Source of the DNA: the human T2T-CHM13v2.0 reference genome, Homo sapiens
Reading direction: 5' to 3' (one strand)
Assembly: GCF_009914755.1 (NCBI RefSeq)
Contig: NC_060938.1
Length of the DNA stretch: 64,000 bases
The translations under genes were made by a program, and so were the position numbers. Below the pieces are notes generated by a model that saw nothing but the letters and a program-made list of their open reading frames with translations, searched no databases and was not told the DNA's origin. The stretch's first letter is position 1. The number at the start of each line of letters is the position of its first letter. This document shows positions 24,950 to 43,878 of the stretch, one piece after another.

Positions 24950-27900
24950 TTTTTAAATATTTTATTTTTTTATTTCAATAGGTTTTTGGGGAACAGGTGG
25001 TGTTTGGCTACATGAATAAGTTCCTTAGTGGTGATTTCTGAGATTTGGGTGCACCCATCACTTAGGCAGTGTTCACTGTACCCAATGTGTAGTCTTTTAT
25101 CCCTCGCCACCCTCCACCCTTTCCTCTGAGTCCCCAAAGTTTAATGTATCATTCTTACACCTTTATGTCTCATAGCTTAGCTCCCACATAAGAGTGGAAA
25201 CATACAATGTTTGGTTTTCCATTCTTGAGTTACTTCACTTAGAATAATTGTCTCCAATTCCATCCAGGTTGCTGCAAATGCCATTATTTCATTCCTTTGA
25301 TGGTTGAGTAGTATTCCATGGCATACATATATACCACATTTTCATGGTATACATATATACCACATTTTCTTTATCTACTCATTGATTGATGGGTATTTGT
25401 GCTGGTTCCATATTTTGCAATTACAAATTTTGCTGCTATAAACATGCATGTGCAAGTATCTTTTTACTATAATAACTTATTTTCCTCTGGGTAAATCCCT
25501 AGTAGTGAGATTGATGGATCAAACAGTAGATCTCCTTTTAGTTATTTAACATAGTGGTTGTACTAGTTTACATTCCCACCAACAGTGTAAAAGTGTTCCC
25601 TTTTTACTGCATCCATACCAACATCTATTATTTTCTGATTTTTTTATTATGGCCATTTTGTAGGAGTGAGGTGGTATTGCATTGTAGTTTTGATTTGCAT
25701 TTCCCTGATAGTGATGTTGAGCATTTTTTCATATGCTTGTTGGCCACTTGTATATCTTCTTTTGAGAATTGTCTACTTAGGTCCTTAGCCCACTTTTTGA
25801 CTGAATTGTTTTTTTCTTGATGATTTGTTTGAGTTATTTGTAGATTCTGGATGTCAGTCCTTTGTCAGATACATAGATTGTGAAGATTTTCTCCCACTTT
25901 GTGGATTGTCTGTTAACTCTGCTGATTATTTCTTTTGCTGTACAGAAGCTTTTTAATTTAATTAAGACCCACCTATTTATCTTTGTTTTTGTTGCCTTTG
26001 CTTTTGGGTTCTTGGTCATGAAGTCTTTGCCTAAGCTAATGTCTAGAAGGGTTTTCCAATGTTATCTTCTAAAATCTTTATGGTTTCAGGTCTTAGATTT
26101 AAGTCTTTGATCCATCTTGAGTTAATTTTTGTATAAAATGAGAGATGAGAATCCAGTTTCATTCCTTTACCTGTGGCTAGCCAATTATCCCAGCACAATT
26201 TGTTGAATAGGGTGCCCTTTCTCCACTTTGTTTTTGTTTACTTTCTCAAAGATCAGTTGGCTGTAAGTATTTGGCTTTATTTCTGGGTTCTCTATTCTGT
26301 TCCATTGGTCTATGTGTCTATTCTTAAACTAGTACCATGCTGTTTTGATGACTATAGCCTTATAGTTTAGTTTGAAGTCCAGTAATGTAATGCCTTCAGG
26401 TTTGTTCTTTTTGCTTAGCCTTGCTTTGGCTATGTGGGCTCTTTTATGGTTCCATATGTTTTTTCTAGTTCTGTGAAGAATGATGGTGGTATTTTTATGG
26501 GAATTGCATTGAATTTGTAGATTGCTTTTGGCAGTATGGTCATTTTCACAATATTAATTCTACCTATCCATGAGCATGGGATGCGTTTCTATTTGTTGGT
26601 GTCATCTATAATTTCTTTCAGCAGTGTTCTATAATTTTCCTTGTAGAGGTCTTTCACGTTCTTGGTTAGATATATATATATATATATATCTTGCAGCTAT
26701 TGTGAAAGGGGTTATTGATTTTATTCTCGGCTTGGTCGGTATTGGTGTATAACAGAGCCACAGATTTGTGTACATTAATTTTGTATCCTGAAACTTTGCT
26801 GAATTCATTTACTAGTTGTAGGAGCTTTCTGGGGGAGTCTTTAGGGTTTTTTAGGTATACTCTCATATCATCAGCAAACAGCAACAGTTTGACTTTTTTG
26901 GCTGCCCTTTATTTCTTTCTCTTGTCTGATGTTCTGGCTAGGACTTCCAGTACTATGTTGAATAGAAGTGGTGAAAGTGGGCATCCTTGTATTGTTCCAG
27001 TTCTCAGGGGGAATGCCTTCAACTTTTCCTCATTCAGTTGGCTGTGGGTTTGTCATAGATGGCTATAATTACTTTAAGGTATGTCCCTTCTATGCCAGTT
27101 TTGCTAAGGGTTTTAATCATAAAGGGATGCTGGGTTTTGTCAAATGCTTTTTCTGCATCTATTGAGATGATCATGTGATTTTTGTTTTTGATTCTCTTTA
27201 TGTGGTGTATCACATTTACTGACTTACATATGTTAAACCATCCCTGCATCCCTGGTATGAAACCCACTTGATCATGGTGTTTTGCCTTTTTGAAATGTTG
27301 TTGGATTTGGTTCACTAGTATTTTATTGAGGACTTTTGCATCTATTGGTCTCCAATTTTCTATTTTTGTTATATCTTTCCCTGGTTTTGGTATTAAAGTG
27401 ATACTGGCTTCATGGAAAAATTTAAGGAGGAGTCCCTCTTTATCTTTTGGAATAGTGTTAATAGAATTGGTACCAATTCTTCTTTGAATGTCTGATAGAA
27501 TTTAGCTGTGAATCCATCTGGTCCTGGATTTTTTTTGGTTGGCATTTTTTTTAATTACCATTTCAATCTTGCTGCTTGTTATTGGTCAGTTCAGACATTC
27601 TATATCTTCCTAGGAGGGTTGTATATCTCCAGGAATTTATTCATCTCTGCTAGGTTTTCTAGTTAATGCACATAAAGGTGTTCATAGCTTATATTTCTGT
27701 GGTATCAGTTGCAATATATCCCATTTTGTTTCTAACTGAGCTTATTTGGAACTTTTCTTTTCTTGGTTTATCTCACTAAATGTCTATCAATTTTATTTAT
27801 CTTTTTAAATAATCAGCTTTTTGTTTCATTTATCCTTTGTAGTTTCTTGTTGTTTCAATTTCATTTAGGTCTACTCTGATCTTTGTTATTTCTTCTCTTC

Positions 27901-30900
27901 TGCTGGGATTGGGTTTGGATTGTGTTGTTTCTCCAGTTCCATGGACTGTGACATTAGAATGTCTACTTGTACTCTTTCAAACTTTTTGATGTAGGCATTT
28001 AATGCTATGAACTTTCCTCTTAGCACCACTTTTGCTGTATCCTAGATGTTTTGATAGGTTATGTCACTATTATCTTTCAGTTCAAAGAATTTTCTAATTT
28101 CCATCTTGATTTCATTGTTGACCCAAAAATGATTCAGGAGCAGGTTATTTAATTTCCATGTATTTGCATGGCTTTGAGGGCTCCTTCTGGAGTTGATTTC
28201 CAATTTTATTCCACTGTGGTCTGAGAGAGTACTTGATATAATTTTGATTTTCTTAAATTTACTGAGACTTGTTTTGTGGCCTATCATATGGTCTATCTTG
28301 GAGAATGTTACATGTGCTGATGAATAAAATGTATATTCTGAAGTTATTGGGGAGAATGTTCTGTAAATATCTGTTAAGTCCATTTGTTGTAGAGTATATT
28401 TTAAGTCCATTGTTTCTTTGTTTAATTTCTTAGTGACCTGTCTAGTGCTGTCTGTGGAGTATTGAAGTTCCCAACTATTGTTTCGTTGCTGTCTATCTCA
28501 TTTCTTAGTCTAGTAGTAATTGGTTTATAAATTTGGGAGCTCCAGTGTTAGCTGCATATATATTTAGAATTGTGATATATTCCTGTTGGACTAGTATTTT
28601 TATCATTATATAAGATCCCTTTTTGTCTCTTTTAACTGCTGTTGCTTTAAAGTTTGTTTTGTCTGATAGAAGAATAGCTACTTCTGCTCACTTTTGGTGT
28701 CCATTTGCATGGAATATCTTTTCCCACCCCTTTACCTTAAGTTTATGTGAGTCGCTATGTGTTATGTGCGAGGTGAGTCTCCTGAAGACAGCAGAAACTT
28801 GATTGGTGAATTCCGTTTTTTTTTTTGTTTTTGTTTTTTGTTTTTTTGTTTTTTGTTTTTGAGATGGAGTTTTGCTCTTGTTGCCCAGGCTGGAGTGCAA
28901 TGGTGTGACTTTGGCTCACTGCAACCTCCTCTTCCCTGGTTGAAGCAATTCTCCTGCTTCAGCCTCCCACGTTGCTGGGATTACAGGCATGAGCCACTAT
29001 GCTTGGCCAATTTTGTATTTTTAGTAGAGACAGGGTTTCCCATGTTGGCCATGCTGCTTTCAAACCCCTGACCTCAGGTGATCCACCCACCTCAGCCTCA
29101 AAGTGTTGGGATTACAGGTGTGAGCCACCATGCCTGGCCAATTGGTAAATCCTTATCCATTCTGCCATTCTGTATCTTTTAAGTAGAGCATTTAGGCCAT
29201 TTACATTCGATGTTAGTATTGAGATGTTAAGTACTCTTCTATTCATCATGTTGTTTGTTGCCTGAATACCTTGTTGTTGTTGTTTTTATTGTGTTATTGT
29301 TATATAGGTCCTGTGAGATTTATGCTTTAAGGAGTTCTATTTTGGTGTATTTTGAAGATTTGTTTCAAGGTTTAGAGCTCCCTTTAGCAGTTCTTGTAGT
29401 GCTGGCTTAGTAGTGGTGAATTCTGTCCGCATTTATTTGTCTGGAAATGACTGTATCTTTCCTTCATTTATGAAGCTTAGTTTCACTGGGTACAAAATTC
29501 TTGGCCAATAATTGTTTTGTTTAAGGAAGCTAAAAATAGTATCCCAATCCCCTCTGGCTTGTAGAGCTCCTGCTGAGAAATCTGCTGTTAATCTGATAGG
29601 TTTTCCTTTATAAGTTAACTAGTGCTTTTGCCTCACAGCTCTTATTTCCTTCATCTTGACTTCAGATAACCTGACGACAATGTGCCTAGGCAATGATCTT
29701 TTTGCGATGAATTTCCCAGGTGTTCTTTGAGTTTCTTGTATTTGATTGTCTAGATCTCTATCAAGGCCAGGGAAGTTTTCCTCAATTATTCTCTCAAATA
29801 TGTTTTCCAAACTTTTAGATTTCTTTCTTCCTCAGGAACACCTGTTATTCTTAGGTTTGAATGTTTAACATAATCCCAAACTTCTTGGAGGCTTTGTTCA
29901 TTTTTTTAAATTCTCTTTGTCTTTGATGGATTAATTCAAAAGCCTTGCTTTGACCTCTGAGGTTCTTCTGCTTGTTCAATTCTATGCTGAGACTTTGCAG
30001 TGCATTTTGCATTTCTGCATTTCTCTAAGTGTGTTCTTGATTTCCAAAAGTTGTCTTCTTTTTTATTCATACTGTCTATTTCACTGAAGAATTTTCCTTT
30101 CATATCCTGTATTGTTTTTTATTTCTTTAAGTTGGACTTTACCTTTCTCTGATGCCTCCTTGATTAGCTTAATAATCTACCCTCTGAATTCTTTTTCTGG
30201 CAATTCAGAGATTTTTGTCTTAGTTTAGATTCATTACTGGTGAGCTGATATGATCTCTTGAGGGTGTTCAGTAACTTTGTTTTGTCATGTTACCAAAATT
30301 GTTTTTCTGGTTCACTCTCATTTGGGTAGACTATGTCAGAGGAAAGATCTGGGACTCAAGGGCTGCTGTTCAGATTCTTTTGTCCCAAGAGGTGCTCCCT
30401 TGATGTGATGTTCTCTCCATTCCCCTATGAATGGGGCTTCCTGGGAGCCAAACTGTAGAAATTATTTTTGCTCTTCTGGGTCTAGCCACCCAACAGAGCT
30501 ACTGGGCTCCAGGCTGGTACTAGGGAGTGTCTACAAAGAGTCCTATGATATTATCTATCTTCAGGTATTGCAGCCATGGATACCAGCACCTGCTCTAGTG
30601 GAGGTAGCAGGGGAGTGAAGTAAACTCTGAGGGTCTTTGATTTTGTTTTTGTTTTGATTTTGTTTTGTTTTAGGATTTGTTTTTGATTTTGATTTTGCTG
30701 GTTTTGTGTTGGTTGGCCTCTAGTCAGGAAGTGGCACTTTCAAGAATGCTTCAGCTGTGGCCCTATAGGGAGGATACAAACTTGACCCAGGGAGGACACC
30801 TGGTTAACTATTCAGGTTCCTCAGGTGGTGGGCAGGGCCACAGAGCTCCAAACAGATTATGACCTCTGTCTTCAGCTACCAAGGCAGGTAGAGAAAAATT

Positions 30901-31445
30901 ACCAGGTTTGGGCAGGGGTAGGTGTGTCTGAGCTCAGTTTGTCCTTTAGCAGGGCTTGCTGCAGCTGCAGCTGCTGTGAAGGATAGTGGGTGTGGTATGC
31001 AGTCCAATGGAGTTATATTCCCAGGGGGTTTATGGCTGCCTCTGCTGAGTCATATAAGTCACCAGGGAAATTGGGGAAAGCCTGCAGTCACAGGCCTCAC
31101 CCCACACCCATGCAGCTCACAGTCCCAAAGGCCAGTCTCACTTCTACCATGCCCCCCATAGCACGGAGTCTATTTCCAGGCAGCCAGTGACCAGGGCTGA
31201 GAACTTTTTCCAGACCGCAAGCCTCCTGCTGAGAAAGCAAGCCGACTCATGGGTTTTCAGTGTCTCAGGGAGCTTGCAGAAGTGATCCAGTTCCTTCAAA
31301 GGGTCTGCGGATTCTCTTGGCTTTTCTGGTATGTTCCTGCAGCAGTTCTTGGAGAAAAAGTTCACGATGTGAGTTTCCACACACTACTCTGTTCATCCAA
31401 ACAGGAGCTAAAAGCTAGTGCTGCCTCTTATCCACCATCTTAATT
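24950..31445 (-). mobile_element. Near full-length L1PB (L1PB1-like), inactive
   Basis: 3' end CAATAGGTTTTTGGGGAACAGGTGGTGTTTGG; ORF2 peptides ([23 protein letters not shown]), ORF1 peptide (FERIIEENFPGL), 5' end CCACCATCTT; possible TSD ACAATATTCTTTT/AGAACATTCTTTT. Confidence 0.92.
28815..29139 (-). mobile_element. AluS (Sq/Sp-like) in L1 ORF2 start
   Basis: GAGTTTTGCTCTTGTTGCCCAGG; TSD-like ATTGGTGAATTC / ATTGGTAAATCC. Confidence 0.9.
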
Positions 31446-31535
31446 CTTTTTGAATTAAGAACATTCTTTTGTGTTGGCATTTTGCTATGGGTTATTTTTT
31501 TCCACAGATGGATATTGCATTTATTAAATGTTTTC

Positions 31536-31844
31536 TTCTTCTTCTTTTTTTTTTTTTTTTTTGAGACAGCATCTCGCTCTTTCACTCAGGCTAGAGTGCA
31601 GTGGCATAATCTTGGCTGACTGCAACCTCTGCCTCTTGGGTTTAAGAGATTCTCCTCCCTCAGCCTCTTGAGTAGCTGGGACTACAGGTGCCCACCACCA
31701 CACCTGGCTAATTTTTGTATTTCTAGTAGAGATGGGGTTTCACTATGTTGGCCAGGATGGTATCAAACTCCTGGCCTCAAGTGATTCACCCTTCTCGGCC
31801 TCACAATATTCTGGGATTACAGGCATGAACCACCACACCCAGTC
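31536..31844 (-). mobile_element. AluS
   Basis: Antisense Alu; TSD TTATTAAATGTTTTC (31521-31535) / TTATCAAATGTTTTC (31845-31859). Confidence 0.92.
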
Positions 31845-32002
31845 TTATCAAATGTTTTCACCACATCTGTTGATATATATGCTTTTAAGATTATAGCACC
31901 CCCTCTAAGAACAGCACTAATCTACAAGTTTGACGTGTCCTATTTTGTTTTCTTTCTTTTGTGATTTCCAACTTTTATTTTAAGTTCAGCAGCACTTGCA
32001 CA

Positions 32003-32500
32003 TATAAAACTACTACAAGAAAATATACGGGTAAATCTTCATCGCTTTGGATTTGGCAATGGTTTCTTCAATGCGACACCAAAAGCACAAGCAACAAAAG
32101 AAAAATAAATTGAACTTTATCAAAATTAAAATAATTAATGCATGTATCTCTATATAAAAAGTGAAAAACCCCAAAGAATGGAAGAAAATTTTTGCAAATC
32201 ACATATCTAACAAGGGTTTAGTACACAAAAAGTATAAAGAGTTCTTTAACTCAACAACAAAAATATCCTATTCAAAATGGGCAAAGAACTTGAGTGGGCA
32301 TTTTTCCAAAGAAGCTATACAAATGACCAACAAGCACATGAAAAAATGCTCAATATTACTTGTCAATAGGGAAAAAACAAACAAAACCACAACGAGTTAT
32401 CACTTCACACCCATTAGGGTCGCTATAATTTTTTTAAAGCCATTGAACTGTATACTTTAAATGGGTGAATTGCATGGTATATTAATAATATTTTAATAAA
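32003..32500 (+). mobile_element. L1M ORF2 3' part, continuation of 23280-24857
   Basis: Resumes TATAAAACTACTACAAGAAAA; peptide EWKKIFANHISNKGL...YHFTPIRVA. Confidence 0.82.
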
Positions 32501-32664
32501 ATTAAGGAAAAGACAGGAGGTAGGGGGAGAGATCACTTGAAGAATATACATCAAAATGTTTAACAACAGTGAGATTGTGAGTGAGAAAATTTAGTTTCCA
32601 AATGGCCAGTGGCTCACATTAAGTTGTCATGTGAACTTAAAGAAATAAGCATTAAAAATCACTC

Positions 32665-34175
32665 AATTTCTGGTCAAAACAGGAGTAAAAGAGACCAAAT
32701 TTACCCTCCTTCCTGTGGTTCCAAAAAATAAATAAATAAAAGAATTAAAAAAAAAACTTTTTCAAGACACTGTACATCAGACAACAAAGGACAATGATCT
32801 TTGAGAGACAGAAACCCAACAAGGTAAGTGAAAATGTGCCTCAGCTTACTATTTTAAATTCCCAAGCCATGCTGCAGGGAGAAGAAAAGCAGGAAGTACC
32901 CAGCAGATCTCCTGAGTTGAGGAAACCAAGGTTGCTAGAATTCTCAGGACAGCATACCAGAGAGGAGAAAACTGTGTAGAACAGGAGTGCCTGAGACCCG
33001 CAGAGTTCTCCTCAGGTTTTCAGTTGATTACTGATCAACACATATTCTTTAAGAAATTACCTAAGGCTGAGGAAAGATCCACCCAAAAGAATTAGAGCTA
33101 GTGATACTTGGTTTTCCCAGGAGTCCAGGAATAGTGCCTGTTGCCACCAGCCAGACTTGGAAAATTTAAGATTCATAGGGCTTGGATAGAAAACACATAA
33201 GAGCCTTGCTTCAGTACTGGGGGATAATTAGCCCTAAACTGAGCACTGCCCTGGTCCGACCCGCCAAAACTTAAAAGTAAGAATATCCACAATAAACAAA
33301 AAACTCAGAACTCAGTAAGAAACAAACAACTCAATTAAAAATGGGGAAAAAAGTGAACACACTTCAACAAAAATTATGCAAAGGACAAATAAACATATGA
33401 AAAGATACTGAACATCATATGTCATTAAAAAAAATAAATAATTAAAACTCCAATGAGATACTACTTTACATCCACTAGGATTACTAAAATTTAAAAGACT
33501 GGCCATACCATTTGTTGCTAAGGATGTGGAAGAACTGGAACTCTCATGCACTACTGGTTGGAATGTAAAACGGTATGATGACTTTGGAAAACAACGTTAT
33601 TGTTGCTTATAAGTTAAACAGACATCTACCATATAATCCAGATATCTACCAATTTCCTCTAGAGTATTTCCTCAAGTATTTACCTATGATAAAGAATATG
33701 CCCAAAGACTTTTGTAGGAATATTCACAGCAGCTTTGTTATATACAAAAACTGGAAGCTTGCAAATGTCTAAGTGGTATATTCTATAATGGAATAATGGA
33801 AATATAAACAAGTAACTATGGATACATGCAAAAACACAGATGAATCTCATAATAATATGCCTAGTAACAGCAGCCATATGCCTCCCCACAAAAGTTCACA
33901 TACTGTATGATCACATTTATATAAAATTATATAGTATGCTAACTAAACTATAGCAACAGAAAGTAATCAGTTGTTACCTGGGCATGGCACAGAAGGAAGA
34001 CGAGAAGAAGAAGACAGAGTTTATATAAAGGGCATGAGGAAATGTTAAATAAATGGTTATGTTCATTATTGTAATTTTGGTGATAATTTCATAGATGTAT
34101 ACAAAAGTCAAAACTTTTTCAGTTGTATAGATTAAATATGTACAGTTTATATACATCACTTATACATTAAGCCAT
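32665..34175 (+). mobile_element. Old L1 (L1MC/MD/ME-like): 5' region to ~33285 joined to ORF2 end/3'UTR
   Basis: TTTCAAGACACTGTACATCAG...GAGAGACAGAAAC 5' motif; then GGATGTGGAAGAACTGGAACTCTCATGCAC and AATATGTACAGTTTAT 3' motifs. Confidence 0.65.
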
Positions 34176-35063
34176 ATGAAAAAGGGGTCACTCCAAGGAA
34201 AATTTCATAATTTTCTGTGATATAACAAAGTTCATATTTCATATTTCATACCACACATTTTTTTCTGGTTTTTTCATAAATGAGAAATAATTTTTTCCTG
34301 CAAGGCTCTTTTTATACTCCATGATTCTTTCAATGTTTCCAACCTTATGAACAAAATGCTTTCAGTGAATACACAGACTATGTATGTTATTACAGCTATT
34401 CCTGCAGCTCATTCTAAGTTTTCATTTGTTTTGTAAGTATATTTGTAAATATATAAATATAAAAATATTTTATCTGAATTATATGCACACTGTAATAGTA
34501 TTATCATAGTGACCTTAAGTTTTGAAATGAAATACCTTTTCTTATATGAATGAGCTTGACATATCTGACTAGTAATAGGTTGAAAAATCATATACCATAT
34601 CTTTGCATTGGCTACATAATTAGATGTCTACATAGTATGTATATTCAAAATAGAATCTAGGTTTATTCCCAGCTTTGGCCAGGTAAGCCAAAAATAATTT
34701 GGTGCTGATGATATAAAAGTTTAACAAAATTGCAAACAGTCTTAAAAAGCAAATTGAGGTCTATTGAAACAATCCTTCACTATAGAAATCCAATAGCCAG
34801 GATTTTCTTTGGAATGCTAATGCAGCTGTTATTCATTGTAGGAATGTAGGACACACATTCAGGGCTGTATTTTTTAATAATAAGCAAGAGGATTTATGTT
34901 TCCTGCTGTAATCAGTAAATACAGCAAATCGACATTCTATGTTGAACTTTTTACTCCTCATTTCCACCTTCTTTTGTCTCCTCTTTCCCCCAAAAAGCAA
35001 AACATAGAAACAAACAAAAGCAAAACAGCATATAATAATCTCTTTATATTTTCTCAATACTCT

Positions 35064-35861
<798 letters not shown>

Positions 35862-35951
35862 CACTGGTGACAAATATTCTAGCAGGGCAGTAGGAAAGAC
35901 TCTGACTTGAATAACTGTGAGGCTCTATATTTATGGGCCAGTTTATGGTTT

Positions 35952-36987
35952 TGTAAACCAAAAATAAAATTCTAAGCCCCGCAACTGATTGAATAGATCC
36001 CCCTCTATCTATTGAATAGATCCCAATGAGACCCCAAAGAAACCTAAAAAACTGAATTCCTGGTCTTGATGGGCAAATCAGACACGCCTCATTATACCCC
36101 CTCCCTTTTGGAGTTTAGGCACAACTGACTGGCATTAAGATTAAAACAGAGATCTCAAGACTGAAAAAACAGACTCTTTGTGGCAATAAGATACCAGATT
36201 ATAAACAAAACCTAAGGCTATGCAGGGCAAGAGTTAAGTCACATCCTACAAACCATAAAATCTCATTAAACAGGGTTTACTTTTTAATTAAATGTGTATC
36301 GTATGGCTTATTTTATGACCTGACTCTGGTATCACATCACATGACAGCAGACTCTGAAGGAAATAAAAACATTTTACTGCAAAGTACATTTTTGACATAT
36401 TTTGAAATAGCCCTGCAAAGCCATGTTTTGTGGTGGACACTTTCATCTGTGGAGACTCTTCACTAATGCAGGCAGGCCTTCCCTTTCTAGGCCTTTCCTG
36501 GATCTAGGAGAGATTAACTGAGAGTCTGACACCTCTAAGGTCTGAAAATAGACACTTTCCAATCTAGTCTCTCTGAAGGCAGCTAGGTAGGAGACTTCAT
36601 CTACACAACAAATGCTTTGGCCCCTACAACCCTCTTATCTTAACCCAAGCATTTCTTTCTACTGACTTCAAGTCTTTAGACAATAGCTTAACTCTATCAA
36701 CCTATTGTCAACTAAAGAATCCCTAAAGCCCACATATGACTTGTAAGGACCCTCTTTAAGATGCCATGCCTTTTGGGGATAAACCAATATATACCTTCCA
36801 TGTATAATTCATGTTTTTTCCTGTAACTTCTGTCTCCTTAAAATGTATAAAACCAAACAGCTACCTAATCTCTTTGGGTGTACTTTCTCAGGAGCTCTTG
36901 AGACTATGTTTTCTGGGCTATGGTCAGTTATTGTCCAGAATAAATCTCTTTAAAATATTTTACAGAGTTTGGTTTTTCTGTTAACCA
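35952..36987 (+). mobile_element. MER4 (D/E-like) solo LTR
   Basis: TGTAAACCAAAAATAAAATTCTAAGCCCC...AATAAATCTCTTTAAAATATTTTACAGAGTTTGG. Confidence 0.82.
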
Positions 36988-37320
36988 TGAATTGAAGAGG
37001 GAAAATGCTCAATAAACATCTATAAATAGACATATTGACAATGACTAGGCACTTCAGGATTCTTTCATAAGGACTTCTGAAACATTTCCCAATGTGCTTT
37101 GCTAAGTAAACTTTAACAATAAGCCTTTTGCTCTCCCATTAGGTGGAAATTTTCACACATTAAAAGAATTGAGGATAATGGCATTAAAGCTGTTCAAGCC
37201 TGACCTACCAGAGTGCCTTTGCAGCAGTTAGAATTTACAAAACGCACTTGACAGATTATTCTACCTCACCTCAGTTCCTACCTACATCTGACTCTATGTA
37301 GAGTAATTAGCTCTTATCTG

Positions 37321-42198
<4,878 letters not shown>

Positions 42199-42213
42199 TA
42201 GTTTTTAAATTGG

Positions 42214-42617
42214 TGTCTTGACTCAGTTTTGAGGCCCTGGCTAGAGGACGGTCAGTTACCCCTCTTGAATAGATGATGAAGTCCGCACCTCCAACCACTT
42301 CCCCAGGAGCCAGGCCATTATATACAAAGCCTAATTTCCCCAGGGTCAGCCCCTAAGGCCCCACAGCTCACTGAAATTATTGATGCTAGCCAATCCTAAC
42401 CCTGCTAACCCTAACCCTGCTTGCCCTGCCTGCAGAAAACACAATAAAGGCACTTGCCCTCAGTTGCCCTCTCTCGCTCTGCCTCATGACTGACTGCAGT
42501 GCTTCTGCTGAGTGTTCCTGTGTTCTCCCCAGGAAACTGTGAGGCACAAAACTGTAAAACTCTTTCCGGTTTCTCCTAATCTGTTCTGAACTCACCATAC
42601 CTTGCTCAAGGTAATAT
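42214..42617 (+). mobile_element. ERVL LTR (MER54/MER73/MER74-like)
   Basis: TGTCTTGACTCAGTTTTGAGGCCCTGG start; CACAATAAAGGCACTTGCCC signal region. Confidence 0.6.
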
Positions 42618-42626
42618 GGTTAATGC

Positions 42627-42794
42627 AGAAGGGAAGGGAAGGAAGAAAGGGAAGGAGGAAGGGAAGGAAGAAAGGGAAGGAGGAAGGGAAGGAAGAAAGG
42701 GAAGGAGGAAGGGAAGGAAGAAAGGGAAGGAGGAAGGGAAGGAAGAAAGGGAAGGAGGAAGGGAAGGAAGAAAGGGAAGGAGGAAGGGAAGGAA
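42627..42794. repeat. Purine-only minisatellite, 25-bp unit GGGAAGGAAGAAAGGGAAGGAGGAA, six perfect copies
   Basis: Identical units starting at 42636, 42661, 42686, 42711, 42736, 42761. Confidence 0.97.
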
Positions 42795-42934
42795 CTACTT
42801 TAATTGGCTCCTAAAAGTAGCATGTTTCTTTTGAGTAAAACTCAGCTTAAGCTAACAATATTTGAATGGAGTGTAAGCTCTTTATAAAAGGGATAAAATG
42901 TATCAACAGTTTACTTACATAAGTTATGATGGCT

Positions 42935-43530
42935 ATAAACTGATCACTACATGAGTCAGGCCATGTGCTTATATCCAGTTATGTTATCTTACGTACTTCT
43001 GCAAAAGCTCTATAAACTACTATTATATCTATGTAAAAGACAAGACTCTGAAGCACAAAGAAACTTAAAAATCGTCTAAAATCACAGAGCAAGCAAATGG
43101 TGGAGCTGGGATTTGAACTCAGGTTTATCTATTTTTATTTTTTATTTTTTAAATTTATTTTATTTTTTATTTTATTTATTTTTTTTCTTTTTTGAGACAG
43201 AGTCTCGCTCTGTCACCCAGGCTGGAGGGCAGTGACGTGATCTCAGCTCACCGCAACTTCCACCTCCCATGTTCAAGCAACTCTCCCCTGCCTCAGCCTC
43301 CCAAGTAGCTGGGACTACAGGTGTGCACCACCACACCCAGCTAATTTTTTTGTATTTTTAGTAGAGACGGGGTTTCACCATATTGGCCAGGCTGGTCTCA
43401 AACTCCTGACCTCAGGTGATCCACCCGGCTCAGCCTCCCAAAGTGCTGGGATTACAGGCGTGAGCCAGCGCGTCTGGCTGAACCCAGGTTTATCTAGATG
43501 CAGAACCTAAGCTCTTAAGCCATACTAACT
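42935..43530 (-). mobile_element. MIR interrupted by Alu
   Basis: ATCACAGAGCAAGCAAATGGTGGAGCTGGGATTTGAACTCAGGT continuing to AGCTCTTAAGCCATACT. Confidence 0.7.
43132..43479 (-). mobile_element. AluSx-like
   Basis: Antisense Alu; TSD GAACTCAGGTTTATCTA / GAACCCAGGTTTATCTA. Confidence 0.93.
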
Positions 43531-43816
43531 CCACTACCTCCAAGTAGCTGCTCATCCAATAAATATTTATTGGGCATATGGCAGACATTGTATTACGGGT
43601 TAGAGAACAAGACACTAAACAGGTACTAGAAAGATATTCATTTTCTAGTGAAAGATTAGCTATTTATCTATAAGTATCAGATTGCCTGATAGGCATTAGA
43701 TGAAATTTTCTCCAGGCACTACAAATATATAGCTATTTATTTGATTAAGCAACATCTTACAGGATACAAATGAAAAATGTTCTACTACTACTACCCGTTG
43801 CCCCTTCCCTCAATGT

Positions 43817-43878
43817 ACACACACACACACACACACACACAGACACACAGACATACAGACACACACACACACACACAC
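43817..43878. repeat. (CA)n compound microsatellite
   Basis: Direct observation. Confidence 0.95.

Noticed and set aside
42395-42418. Telomere-like CTAACC repeats
   Set aside because: Only about three degenerate units inside an LTR; too short for an interstitial telomere.
42602-42834. K/E/G/R-rich repetitive ORFs
   Set aside because: Translation of the purine minisatellite.
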